Of a DNA stretch of 64,000 nucleotides, positions 28,290-37,053 are shown in pieces (within the stretch, counting starts at the first letter, position 1; each line of letters begins with the position of its first letter). Both the position numbers and the translations under genes were made by a program. Origin of the DNA: an uncultured virus (IMG/VR IMGVR_UViG_3300049433_000291) (taxonomy: Duplodnaviria; Heunggongvirae; Uroviricota; Caudoviricetes); IMG/VR virus record IMGVR_UViG_3300049433_000291. One strand, given 5' to 3'. The notes below the pieces were generated by a model. It did not search any database and had not been told where the DNA came from. It saw nothing but the letters and a program-made list of their open reading frames with translations.

Positions 28290-29075
28290 ATGAAACGAAT
28301 CCTGATAGCCCTTTCTTTGATCAGTCTGCTTTTGATCGGGGCCGACGCCCAGTTCAAAAGGACGTGCGAGCAGAAGACTCCTTGCGCGGACACGATAGAT
28401 GATTGCCCTAAAGAGGGCTGTAGTGCCAACAATCATCACGACCCTGAACTAAACACTCTCAATAACCTTAAATCGAGTATTAAGCCTGTCGAGGATCGCA
28501 CTATCACTGAGATACTTCGACTCGAAAAGAAAGTAGAAGATTCAGGCTATGAACAAGGCGACTCGCGAAAGGTGCTAAGGGACTTGGGCGAAGGGTCACA
28601 GATTAGAGTTGTCGGTTATTTATTGGCAGTCAAACAAGAGTGCGGTGAATCATGCAACTGTGGACTCGCCGATGTTGACGTTACTACAGACAACCACCTC
28701 GTTATAGTTAACCCCAAGGTGGTTACAGATAACCCTCTTCCCGAAAACGCTAAGAAGAAGCAACTCACGGCAGTCTTTAAGGTACGGGAACCGCTATCAA
28801 TGACCGCCGAGTTTACTCCCCGCGTAAGGGCTAACGGACACCCGAACTATTCAAGTGAACTCCAGAACAGGATCAATAAAACGCCACAAGGCGCGTTGTG
28901 GGTTCGGGTTACAGGTCAGCTATTTTTTGACTCTGAGCACTTCCATCAAAAGCCTCTGAAGCGTAAGACGAGTTGGGAGGTTCATCCCATACTGAATTTT
29001 GAGTACTGCCTAAAGGGTAGAACGTGCAAGATAGATAGTGATGAGAACTGGCAAGATCTGGACAAGCAGCCATAA
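28290..29075 (+). CDS. Secreted Cys-rich hypothetical protein (possible OB-fold, WEVHP motif)
   Basis: GGAGG RBS, signal peptide, VRVTGQLFFD.EH...WEVHPI. Confidence 0.75.
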   Translation: MKRILIALSLISLLLIGADAQFKRTCEQKTPCADTIDDCPKEGCSANNHHDPELNTLNNLKSSIKPVEDRTITEILRLEKKVEDSGYEQGDSRKVLRDLGEGSQIRVVGYLLAVKQECGESCNCGLADVDVTTDNHLVIVNPKVVTDNPLPENAKKKQLTAVFKVREPLSMTAEFTPRVRANGHPNYSSELQNRINKTPQGALWVRVTGQLFFDSEHFHQKPLKRKTSWEVHPILNFEYCLKGRTCKIDSDENWQDLDKQP

Positions 29076-29151
29076 CAGAGGCCTTGCATCTTTTGGAAGT
29101 GAGGCATCACGGGTCGGCATTGCGATCTCTGATGCGAGCCGGAAATTAAGA

Positions 29152-29190
29152 CACTACCAGAATTCTGGTAGTGGGGTAAGTTTGTGCATA
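29152..29190. repeat. Perfect 22-bp palindrome (29152-29173) overlapping the left 32-bp inverted repeat (29159-29190)
   Basis: CACTACCAGAATTCTGGTAGTG is self-complementary; 29159-29190 is the reverse complement of 29998-30029 at 30/32 positions. Confidence 0.85.
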
Positions 29191-29273
29191 TCAATTTGGT
29201 GGCCCTCCGAACGGTCAGCCGTAACGTAGACTGCTTTCTCTGAGTTGCAGATCGGTGATATAAGCCGCTCCGT

Positions 29274-29639
29274 ATGGCCTTCCCACTAACTGACCGCGAA
29301 ATCTTCGCAAAGGTTTGGCGTGACTCGATTAAGAATGTCCTTTGGTATGGCGCTCAAGTAATAGTCATCGCCGTCATTGGGGCGTTTGTTTCGTGGTGGG
29401 TCGGAATCGCTCTCTGGGCGATTTGTGGGCTTGTCCTCATCGCTGGCGGCATCCAAACTCTGTTTGTAGCCCTACTGGGAATCATACTGATTCCGTGGAC
29501 TATTTACGAAAGTCTAAAGGGTCGCGAAGTGGACGGTAAAGGCCAGTTACATTTAGCAGCCGGTCAGGTCATTCAACTCATCGAAATGGGTGTTTACGCT
29601 TGCTACTTCTACTGGCTCTACACAATCTTTTTCAAGTAA
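29274..29639 (+). CDS. Small polytopic membrane protein
   Basis: Three to four hydrophobic segments. Confidence 0.7.
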   Translation: MAFPLTDREIFAKVWRDSIKNVLWYGAQVIVIAVIGAFVSWWVGIALWAICGLVLIAGGIQTLFVALLGIILIPWTIYESLKGREVDGKGQLHLAAGQVIQLIEMGVYACYFYWLYTIFFK

Positions 29640-29659
29640 CCGAAAGGCGGGCTTACTCG

Positions 29660-29995
29660 ATGACCTCGGACGAACTTCGCGCAACGCTGGACGAGTGGAA
29701 AGCGAACAACAAAATATTCAGATTACAGATAGAGTTAGTACAGGACGGAATCAATAGCCTTTTGGCAATAGTAACTGATGCTAAGGTGACTGAATCGGAA
29801 ATAAGGTTTTCGTTTGGTTATGGCAATCTTGGCGGCGACGTAGCGATTAAAATTTCGGATGACCTTTCGATTGAGTGGCTCGATCCGAAAGCTGGACTAC
29901 CCTCATCAGGGCGCTGCATAAAGTTCGCTTGGAAGACGTTTCAGATGAATGGCCTTAGCCAGCATTGCATTGTGTGCCTTCAGGAACCCTCTTAA
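29660..29995 (+). CDS. Hypothetical protein
   Basis: ATG 29660 after AAAGGCGG; ends just inside the right inverted repeat. Confidence 0.55.
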   Translation: MTSDELRATLDEWKANNKIFRLQIELVQDGINSLLAIVTDAKVTESEIRFSFGYGNLGGDVAIKISDDLSIEWLDPKAGLPSSGRCIKFAWKTFQMNGLSQHCIVCLQEPS

Positions 29996-29997
29996 CG

Positions 29998-30029
29998 TAT
30001 GCACACAATTACCCCACTACCAGAATTCT
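29998..30029. repeat. Right 32-bp inverted repeat
   Basis: TATGCACACAATTACCCCACTACCAGAATTCT pairs with 29159-29190. Confidence 0.85.
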
Positions 30030-30036
30030 TGTTGAA

Positions 30037-30065
30037 TTGACGTATTCCGGTCTGTTGTGTAGGAT
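30037..30065 (+). promoter_or_regulatory. Sigma70-like promoter for small RNA copy 2
   Basis: TTGACG-N17-TAGGAT. Confidence 0.55.
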
Positions 30066-30071
30066 TCGCCT

Positions 30072-30194
30072 ACTTGTGCGTTCGGTGAATCTGAAAGCAC
30101 AGTGGTTGCTGGGGTGAGGACAGTGACCACACAAGCACTTAAATGTGCAAGGCCGGTTGAGCCGCGGTCCCAAAGGTCGCGGCTCTCGGTTTTT
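30072..30194 (+). ncRNA. Small structured RNA, copy 2 (possibly Acido-Lenti-1-like)
   Basis: GTGGTTGCTG-GGGTGAGGA-CAGTGACCAC hairpin, GCAC-ttaaat-GTGC hairpin, GAGCCGCG...CGCGGCTC plus T-run terminator. Confidence 0.65.
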
Positions 30195-30293
30195 CAAGAC
30201 CGACTATGAGTCCGTCGTCGCTTCATTTGATAGGCACCGCGAATCACTTTTGCGCATTTGGCTCCCCGGTGTTTGTAGGAAAGATTGCTAGAA

Positions 30294-30671
30294 TTACGGA
30301 TCAGGTCCTTTGGTAATGGTAACGCCAACCAGGTAGCCGCAATTCACTTGTTCTCCAGGTTGTGGAGACTGATCGACTATGAGTCCGGGCTGAAGAGGAA
30401 GATCGGAGCGCGTTGCCAGGATGCGGATTTTCAAGTTAGAAGCGCGAAGTTTAGCCTCGGCATCTTCGTAATTTAATCCTTTGAGTGAGGGCACGCGTGT
30501 TTGAGCTGGCCGTGACAAGCGTTCGCGTTCTACAGACAAGGCGAGCTGTGAAAGCGCGATAGCCGGCAATACTATGAAGACAATGAGAGCCGCGATCCCG
30601 AGTACTGTTATCAGAAGTGTTTTCTTCCCTCGCATGGAGTAGCCAACGAGTACTCCGAGTAAAAATCTCAT
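30294..30671 (-). CDS. Membrane-anchored PASTA-domain protein
   Basis: RVPSLKGLNYEDAEAKLRASNL...PGLIVDQSPQPGEQV. Confidence 0.85.
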   Translation of the reverse strand: MRFLLGVLVGYSMRGKKTLLITVLGIAALIVFIVLPAIALSQLALSVERERLSRPAQTRVPSLKGLNYEDAEAKLRASNLKIRILATRSDLPLQPGLIVDQSPQPGEQVNCGYLVGVTITKGPDP

Positions 30672-30820
30672 TATTCTGCTCCTAATGCTTCTCTCTTATG
30701 AGCGCAAGTAGCGCTGTCCGCTTCTATTCTAATCTGCTTAGTGGTTGTTGCGAAATCTGAGCCAGGTTGTTTTCTATTAGTGTGGATAGAAATCAAAACG
30801 GCCGCCGGTTGGCTTTAAGA

Positions 30821-33800
30821 TTAGAGGGCGAGAACTGCGGCGGCGATATCTTCGATACTGCCGCCGAGTTCAGCCGCGTTTCCGCCAAGCTCTGTCATGC
30901 TGGCGCCGGAAGTTGGTGATGTGATGTCTTGGGCTTTAGCGACTTCTTGAGCGTTTGGTTCTCTGCCTGATTGATCCTGAACTTTAGTGGGTGAAGCGCC
31001 TTGTTTTTGTCTGTCGGTTTCTTCGCGTTGACGCTGTCGGTCGCGCTGATCAAAGGAAGCATGAGCAGCATGATCGCCGTTTGAGGCAATAGGGGGTGTA
31101 GTGGCTACCAGTTGGTTGAAGGTCTGCTCGGTTAGTTGTGCTGCAGCGTTATGTTGATGAGTCAATTGGTGCGTGATGGCATGTTCTGAATTTGCGCGTT
31201 CCATTCCGGAAGCGAGAGTGTTGAAAAGGTTGCCGGCTACCTGGTTAATTTCCTGCGCGCTTTCGCGTGTTGCGCCAAGGGTGATGCCGTTGTTTCTGGC
31301 TGTCTCAATAATGACGTTAGCGACTTGCTGAACGTGCTGGTCGAAGCGGTCCGGGTCGAGAAGCGCTGGCAGTCCTTCTTCGCGGGCAGTGTCTTTCAAG
31401 TAGGTGTTGATTTCTATCGCGGCCGGGCGGGAAATCTCTCTGAACTCCTGAAGCTTTATTTCTTTGGTGATGTCTGCGCGGGCAAGATCCAGTTCGGTAA
31501 TTTTCTCGTCGATGTAGTGTACGGAGGATTGGAATTTCTCTTGAACTGTCTCGACATTTGCGTGGAGCTCGGTGTAGCGATCGGCAGCGGGTCCTGTCAA
31601 TTCAGCAATCACTTGCTGTTGGATAGTTTCTCGCGCTTCAACGGAATTAAATATTGGTTGTTCGCGAACGCCCTGAGCATGGGTAATGGCGGCGGCATTC
31701 GCTTCGAGGGTGATATCGGCGGGCACTAAATCGAGCTCATGGGTAATAGCCTGGCTGACGAGAGTTGCCGGATCCAGTTCGGCGCGATCGAGGGTTTCGA
31801 GTATTTGGTTCGCGGCTTCGACACGCTCCGGACTCTGACGGTTATCGCTTGCGATGGCGGTAATGGTTTCGCGAAACTTCTCGTCGTAGGCAAGGGTGGC
31901 GCGTTCTTCCTGAATTGGTGCTTCTACCAGAGCTACTTGCTCGGCAATAAAATTGGAGAGTTCGGCGCGTTTCTCGTCCAGTTCAAGCTCAACAGTTTGA
32001 GCTATCGCAACGCGGTCCATTGCTTCGTCGGCTAAGGTGACGAGGGGCTCGGGCACTTCACGGCCGGCGGCAACGTCACGGAGTTCCTGGGGTTCAAGCG
32101 ACTGCCAGGCGGGCTCGCGCGCTTGTTCGACGGCGGCTTCGCGGACGTCGGCAGGGAGTAGATCCTTGACGGTAAGTGGCGCGATCTGTTCTGGCGGGAT
32201 CTCTGGAAGAGATTTCGCCTGGACCATCTCTTGTACCTTTTCGCCGAGCGTAGTGCGCGCAATCTCGTCTCTGGCGATTGTGTACCGGTCCATGGTTGTT
32301 TGAGTGGCACCGGCCGTGCGTGTTTCAGAAATCGCGCGCGTCTCCTGGGCTTTTAGGGCCTGTTGGTCGCGGTCAAGGTTTGAAAAAGGCCGCAGGTAGT
32401 CGGCGCGAGTATTGGCGGCATAGTCTTTGAGTTGTGCGGCGCGTTCTCTATCAGTTGGCGTTAGGGTCTGTTGTATGAGCGCGTACTCAGGGGCGTTGGC
32501 TTTAATCAGTCCTGCCTTGCTTTGCTGCAGTTCCGGATCGAGCGCGACTTTGACGAGTTCGCGCGTCGTTTGTTGTTGTTCGGTGGATCGGAAAGGCTCT
32601 GTAGTGGATTGTTCTTGGGCTACAACCTGCTCTGCTTTATTCACGCAGGCGGTAGTGTGAGCATTGAGAGTCTGGAATGCGGTGCGCGCGCGTTCTTGAA
32701 GGGCGGCGGTCTGGTTGATGCCGTGCCCTAACTCCTGCGCGTGGTAAAGCACTTCAGCGGGCGCGTCGAGTATGCTGGCCGGATCTTTTATTACCTCACG
32801 TTCCATGTCGCGCCAAGCCTGGGCTTGCGCTTCCTGTCTGAGGTCGGAGAGTTCCGGAGCTGGGAGCCGCGCGGCGTCCGTCGCGCGGCCGGACTCTTGT
32901 TGCGTGTAATTAACAATTGTGGTTACGGAATCCGGAGAGAGCGTGTAAGAAGCAGGCAACTCAAGCTCAATCTCTTTAACGTCGGGAGCGCCGCCGGCTA
33001 CTTTGATCTCGGATGCGATCGTAATCATGTCGCCGATCACTTGTTGGTGTTCGTCGGGAGAATTCTTCAGATGTTCGGCGACCTGTATCTGTCTGGTTTC
33101 GTCGAAGTTGTTTACGACGTAGTGGATGGCTTGGACTTCTACGTCTTTTAGTTCGGGGATGATAGTAGAGCGTTCGAGATTGGAGGAAGCGCCTTTTTCA
33201 TGATTGCTGGCGGCGGTAACAATCTTTTGAGCTTCAAGCCAGTCGGCGCGGCCGTAGTACTCACGGTAGAAGTCGGTCTTTGAGGGAATCGGGTCCGCTG
33301 GTCCAGTGGGTTCAAGTGTAGGGATTAGAGGCTTGATTGTTTGCTCAGGGGTGACTTGCCGGCCCTGTTGTTTGTTGTTAACGGCTTCGTATTTTTGAGC
33401 GAGCGCATGATTATGAAGAAAGTCCCTTTCATACTGAGGCAGGCGAGCATGGGCTTTGTGCAGATCGAAGCGGTTCTGCGTAAGGAGCTCCGGTGCTGGA
33501 GTTCTCAGGCTGCTGTAAAAGTGATTGACTGCGCGTACAGTTTGACGCGTATCAAGATTAGCGAGGAGCTTGGAAAGTGTAGGAGAAGGCGCAATTTTGC
33601 CTTGGGCCAACAATTGTACTCGTTCTGTCTTTTCCTTACCGAAGACAGCCATTGACTGGAGAATGTCTCTCATCTCATCTCGGTCCGCGCGCGTAGTGGC
33701 GGCCGTTGGAGTGGTAGAGAGAAATACTTCGCGCATTTCCATGACTGTGAGTGGCTGCCTGTCGGGCGCGGCAATATTCGTGGGGTCGGCGCAGTGCGCG

Positions 33801-36769
33801 ACGAGCTGTTGGTGAAGCTCGTAATTTTCGAGTTTGATTTGGGCGCTGGTTTGTAATAGCTCTTCCGGATTCCGCGCGACCGACAGTTTTTCTGAGTAGC
33901 CGCGAAAAGTCGGATTGTAGGAAAGCTCCTGGGTCGTGTGGTCCTTAAGCCGGAAATCAATATATGTAGAAACGAAGCGGACCAGGTCCGCGCGTTCCTG
34001 GTCTACACCGGCGATCGCGTGTGGATTGTACAAGCTGGACCACGTAGACGTGTCCAGTCGGCATTGTTCTGCGGTGGTGAGAACGACATCGTACTCGCGT
34101 TGGTTTTCTACGGGCACACGTACGTTGGGAGTGGATGTGAGTGATACGTAAGCGGGCGTGGGTGACAGGTCGACTAATACTTTTGCTTGTTCCTGGAGGC
34201 CGAAGCGCGTCCGCGTTGCGTCGACCATAGTGGAGGCTCGGTCGAGTCCCTGGAGCTTAGTGGTAATTGTTTCGCGTGCCTGGCTGGCGTTGGTGATGGT
34301 GATGCCGGTGAGGTGATTGCAAAGTTCGTTGTAGCTGGCGAGCTGCGCGTTGTTAAGGGCTTGGGCGGTTTCAATCTCCGGTCTGACCAGCATATCGGCG
34401 AGCGTCTGTAGTGCGTCACGTTGGGCGGCGTCGTTGCTCAGTGAGAGTTCGGCATAAGGGGATAGCGGCCGGGCATCGCCGGTTAGCTCAGGGTAGTTGG
34501 AGCCGCGGCGCTCGGAGGGGAGTTCTGTGGGGATATTGAAGCGCGGATTATTGGCCCGGATAAGGGCTTGTCGCTCATCAATAGAGTTTTCCCTGACTGC
34601 GGTTTCTATACTTCCTTTGAGTTCCTGAAACTCGGAACTGGCGCGCACCTTGTCTGCGTATTGGATGGCTTCGACGGCGAGTTGCTGAGAGGTTTGTTCA
34701 GCGGCTTCGTAGTTTTGCAGGAGTGTTTCGGCGGTGAGAGTAGCGGATGCAAGCCGTGATTGAATCAGATCGAGGGTTTGTGAGTGTTCCTGTGGTGTGG
34801 GGTTGATGCCGGCGATGGCAGCGCTTAGTTGATGGCCGCTCTGCTCAAGTCTGTTGATGGAGGCGATTTCTGCGCGGGTGGGCGCTTGCTGGCCAGGGTT
34901 ATTGTTTAGCCAGGCGGCGCGGGCATCGCTCTGAGCGGTTACGATTCTTTGATATTCACCTTGCTGTAGTTTGCCCTGGGAGCGGAGCCAGTCAGGATTG
35001 ACTCGATAATTTTCTTTGGCCCATTGTATAGCGGCGCGGCTAAAGGGTTTTGTCTGCTGGCGGTATTCGGCGCCAACAAGTATACGGAGTGAAGAAACGG
35101 CAATTAATTCTTCTGCTCGAGATACGATTCTTTCGCTTAGAGGATTGCTGTTGGCGCGGGCGAAAATTTCAGTAACACGGTTCTCGAAGTCACGCTGCTC
35201 GATCTCTCTATTGATTTCATAGATAGGCGAGAGTATCTCTTTCTTGCTGACGCCGTTTTCGAGCTGAGTGTCAACGGATGGAAGTACACGCTCGAATAAT
35301 TCTGTGTGCGTCTCAAGAGTCAGGCTGTTGGGGATCTGTGGCGGCAGGGCGGCGAGATTGATCCTGTCGAAGGTGGCATCGAGTGTAACGCTGGTGCCGA
35401 GTTCTCGTTCCGCGCCTAAGTGGTCGCCTTCGGGAGTGGCGAATCCCAGCGGATCAGAGATCGCCATCTCATACATGTCGGCATAGATTTGGTTTTCGTC
35501 AATCGAGAGGTCAGAGCCGGCGAGCGTGGAATCAAACTGTAGATCGCTAAAGCCTGACAACTCTCCCATAGTGGCCAAACCATAGGAGCTGGACTGGAGA
35601 TGTTCGAGGTAGAGAGAAGGTGGTTCGGGTTCAAGCCCGAGAGTTTGAAGCTCCGCGCCATGGTCGGGAATCTGGCCGCTCGTAAGGGCGCGGTTTTCTT
35701 CTGCGAGGGCGAGTGTGTATTCGTGGACTTCTTCGGCAGTAGGTTCGGGGATTGGCTCGGGTAGTTGCTGGGCCCAGAGCGCAATCTCTTCGAGTACCCT
35801 GTCTATGCATTCTGCTTTTTCTTCATTGGAGCGGTAAGCGCCGGATTCATCCTGACGAATCGCGGTATAGATGTGATTGAAGACGGTAAGTCTTCCATCA
35901 GAGTCTATCCATTGGCCGCATGCTTTGTTTCCGAGTTCAAAGAGCAACCGGCCTTTCTCGGTAGCAAAAGTCGGGTCGGCGATGAAGCCGCGGACAAAGT
36001 TGATGGCATGTGCCTCGGTGCCGATAGTTACTTTGCTGTCATCACGTGGGCGAGCGTCGGGGTCCCTGGGTATGGAAAGGACGCCTTCGTTAAGTGTGGC
36101 TCCACGTTCAAAAGCTTCGCGAGCGAATTGGTCGATAGAATTGAGATGACTGGCGTGCTCGGCTCTGGTCATCCCTTCTTGAACATTGTAGAGGGCGTGA
36201 AGATCGTCGCCGATGGCATCGGTGGCTATGACTTCGGCGTGTGCTTGCTCGGCGCGGCCGGACAAAGCTCGGGCCGGCATTCGTTCGGCACCGGCGGGAA
36301 CGGCTTGGGTGGATTTATCGAGAGCGGGTTGTGATGGCTGTATCTGTCGTGGCTCAAGCTGTAACGTTTGTGCCGGGTGACGGTCGTTGTGGATTAGGAG
36401 CTCGATCGTTCCTTTGATGACATCGCCGTGGCAGAGTTTCGGAACACAACTGCAGGCGAGTTTGATTTGTTCGCCGATGGCGACACGTTCTTTGATCTGC
36501 TGGATAGCTCTAAAGGCCGGACCTTCGCCTTTGTCGATTTGGGACGAAAGCCACTCGTGGAACTTACTAACTGCGTCATCGCGGGTTTCAACTTTGTGTG
36601 CAGCGGTAGTGCCAGGAGTGTGGGACCACTGGTTGCCGAGCGGTGTGCCGCGTCCGATATAGATATAGGAGTTGTCCCGTGGGCCGGAGTAAGTATGGCG
36701 GTTGACGACGGCGACGTTTTCAAGTTCTTCCGCCGCTGATAGTCTGAGTTTGGCCCGCGGGGCTTTCAT
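30821..36769 (-). CDS. Giant (1982 aa) protein with N-terminal DUF4326-like domain and long helical body
   Basis: VVN...YIYIGRGTPLGN.W...RDDAV.KF.EWL...LACSC.PK.CHGDVI; the remainder is Glu/Gln/Ala-rich helical; lies downstream of the relaxase. Confidence 0.8.
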   Translation of the reverse strand: MKAPRAKLRLSAAEELENVAVVNRHTYSGPRDNSYIYIGRGTPLGNQWSHTPGTTAAHKVETRDDAVSKFHEWLSSQIDKGEGPAFRAIQQIKERVAIGEQIKLACSCVPKLCHGDVIKGTIELLIHNDRHPAQTLQLEPRQIQPSQPALDKSTQAVPAGAERMPARALSGRAEQAHAEVIATDAIGDDLHALYNVQEGMTRAEHASHLNSIDQFAREAFERGATLNEGVLSIPRDPDARPRDDSKVTIGTEAHAINFVRGFIADPTFATEKGRLLFELGNKACGQWIDSDGRLTVFNHIYTAIRQDESGAYRSNEEKAECIDRVLEEIALWAQQLPEPIPEPTAEEVHEYTLALAEENRALTSGQIPDHGAELQTLGLEPEPPSLYLEHLQSSSYGLATMGELSGFSDLQFDSTLAGSDLSIDENQIYADMYEMAISDPLGFATPEGDHLGAERELGTSVTLDATFDRINLAALPPQIPNSLTLETHTELFERVLPSVDTQLENGVSKKEILSPIYEINREIEQRDFENRVTEIFARANSNPLSERIVSRAEELIAVSSLRILVGAEYRQQTKPFSRAAIQWAKENYRVNPDWLRSQGKLQQGEYQRIVTAQSDARAAWLNNNPGQQAPTRAEIASINRLEQSGHQLSAAIAGINPTPQEHSQTLDLIQSRLASATLTAETLLQNYEAAEQTSQQLAVEAIQYADKVRASSEFQELKGSIETAVRENSIDERQALIRANNPRFNIPTELPSERRGSNYPELTGDARPLSPYAELSLSNDAAQRDALQTLADMLVRPEIETAQALNNAQLASYNELCNHLTGITITNASQARETITTKLQGLDRASTMVDATRTRFGLQEQAKVLVDLSPTPAYVSLTSTPNVRVPVENQREYDVVLTTAEQCRLDTSTWSSLYNPHAIAGVDQERADLVRFVSTYIDFRLKDHTTQELSYNPTFRGYSEKLSVARNPEELLQTSAQIKLENYELHQQLVAHCADPTNIAAPDRQPLTVMEMREVFLSTTPTAATTRADRDEMRDILQSMAVFGKEKTERVQLLAQGKIAPSPTLSKLLANLDTRQTVRAVNHFYSSLRTPAPELLTQNRFDLHKAHARLPQYERDFLHNHALAQKYEAVNNKQQGRQVTPEQTIKPLIPTLEPTGPADPIPSKTDFYREYYGRADWLEAQKIVTAASNHEKGASSNLERSTIIPELKDVEVQAIHYVVNNFDETRQIQVAEHLKNSPDEHQQVIGDMITIASEIKVAGGAPDVKEIELELPASYTLSPDSVTTIVNYTQQESGRATDAARLPAPELSDLRQEAQAQAWRDMEREVIKDPASILDAPAEVLYHAQELGHGINQTAALQERARTAFQTLNAHTTACVNKAEQVVAQEQSTTEPFRSTEQQQTTRELVKVALDPELQQSKAGLIKANAPEYALIQQTLTPTDRERAAQLKDYAANTRADYLRPFSNLDRDQQALKAQETRAISETRTAGATQTTMDRYTIARDEIARTTLGEKVQEMVQAKSLPEIPPEQIAPLTVKDLLPADVREAAVEQAREPAWQSLEPQELRDVAAGREVPEPLVTLADEAMDRVAIAQTVELELDEKRAELSNFIAEQVALVEAPIQEERATLAYDEKFRETITAIASDNRQSPERVEAANQILETLDRAELDPATLVSQAITHELDLVPADITLEANAAAITHAQGVREQPIFNSVEARETIQQQVIAELTGPAADRYTELHANVETVQEKFQSSVHYIDEKITELDLARADITKEIKLQEFREISRPAAIEINTYLKDTAREEGLPALLDPDRFDQHVQQVANVIIETARNNGITLGATRESAQEINQVAGNLFNTLASGMERANSEHAITHQLTHQHNAAAQLTEQTFNQLVATTPPIASNGDHAAHASFDQRDRQRQREETDRQKQGASPTKVQDQSGREPNAQEVAKAQDITSPTSGASMTELGGNAAELGGSIEDIAAAVLAL

Positions 36770-37053
36770 ACCGTCTCACTCTCCGAAGACAAAGGTTCTG
36801 GCACTGGCGGGCTGGATACAGTAATGCCCTGGTCAGTCGGGCTGTAAGTAGCAAATGCTGTGCGCGAAGATTCCTTTGGGTTCGTTGCCGATAAAAGGGG
36901 CGATATCAAGATATTCAGACTATCTGCGAGCCTTGGGGAGAGTGTTTTTGTCTCGCAGGTAAACGGTGGGGTGAATCTCTGGCAAGGCTGGCGGGGCTAG
37001 TGTCTGCGTTTGCGAACAGTGAAATCGGCGCATAGAGACAGTGAAGAATGCGC

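Noticed and set aside
30201..30387. 14-bp direct repeat CGACTATGAGTCCG (30201 and 30374)
   Set aside because: One copy lies inside the PASTA gene and nothing mobile is enclosed; could be chance or a small local duplication
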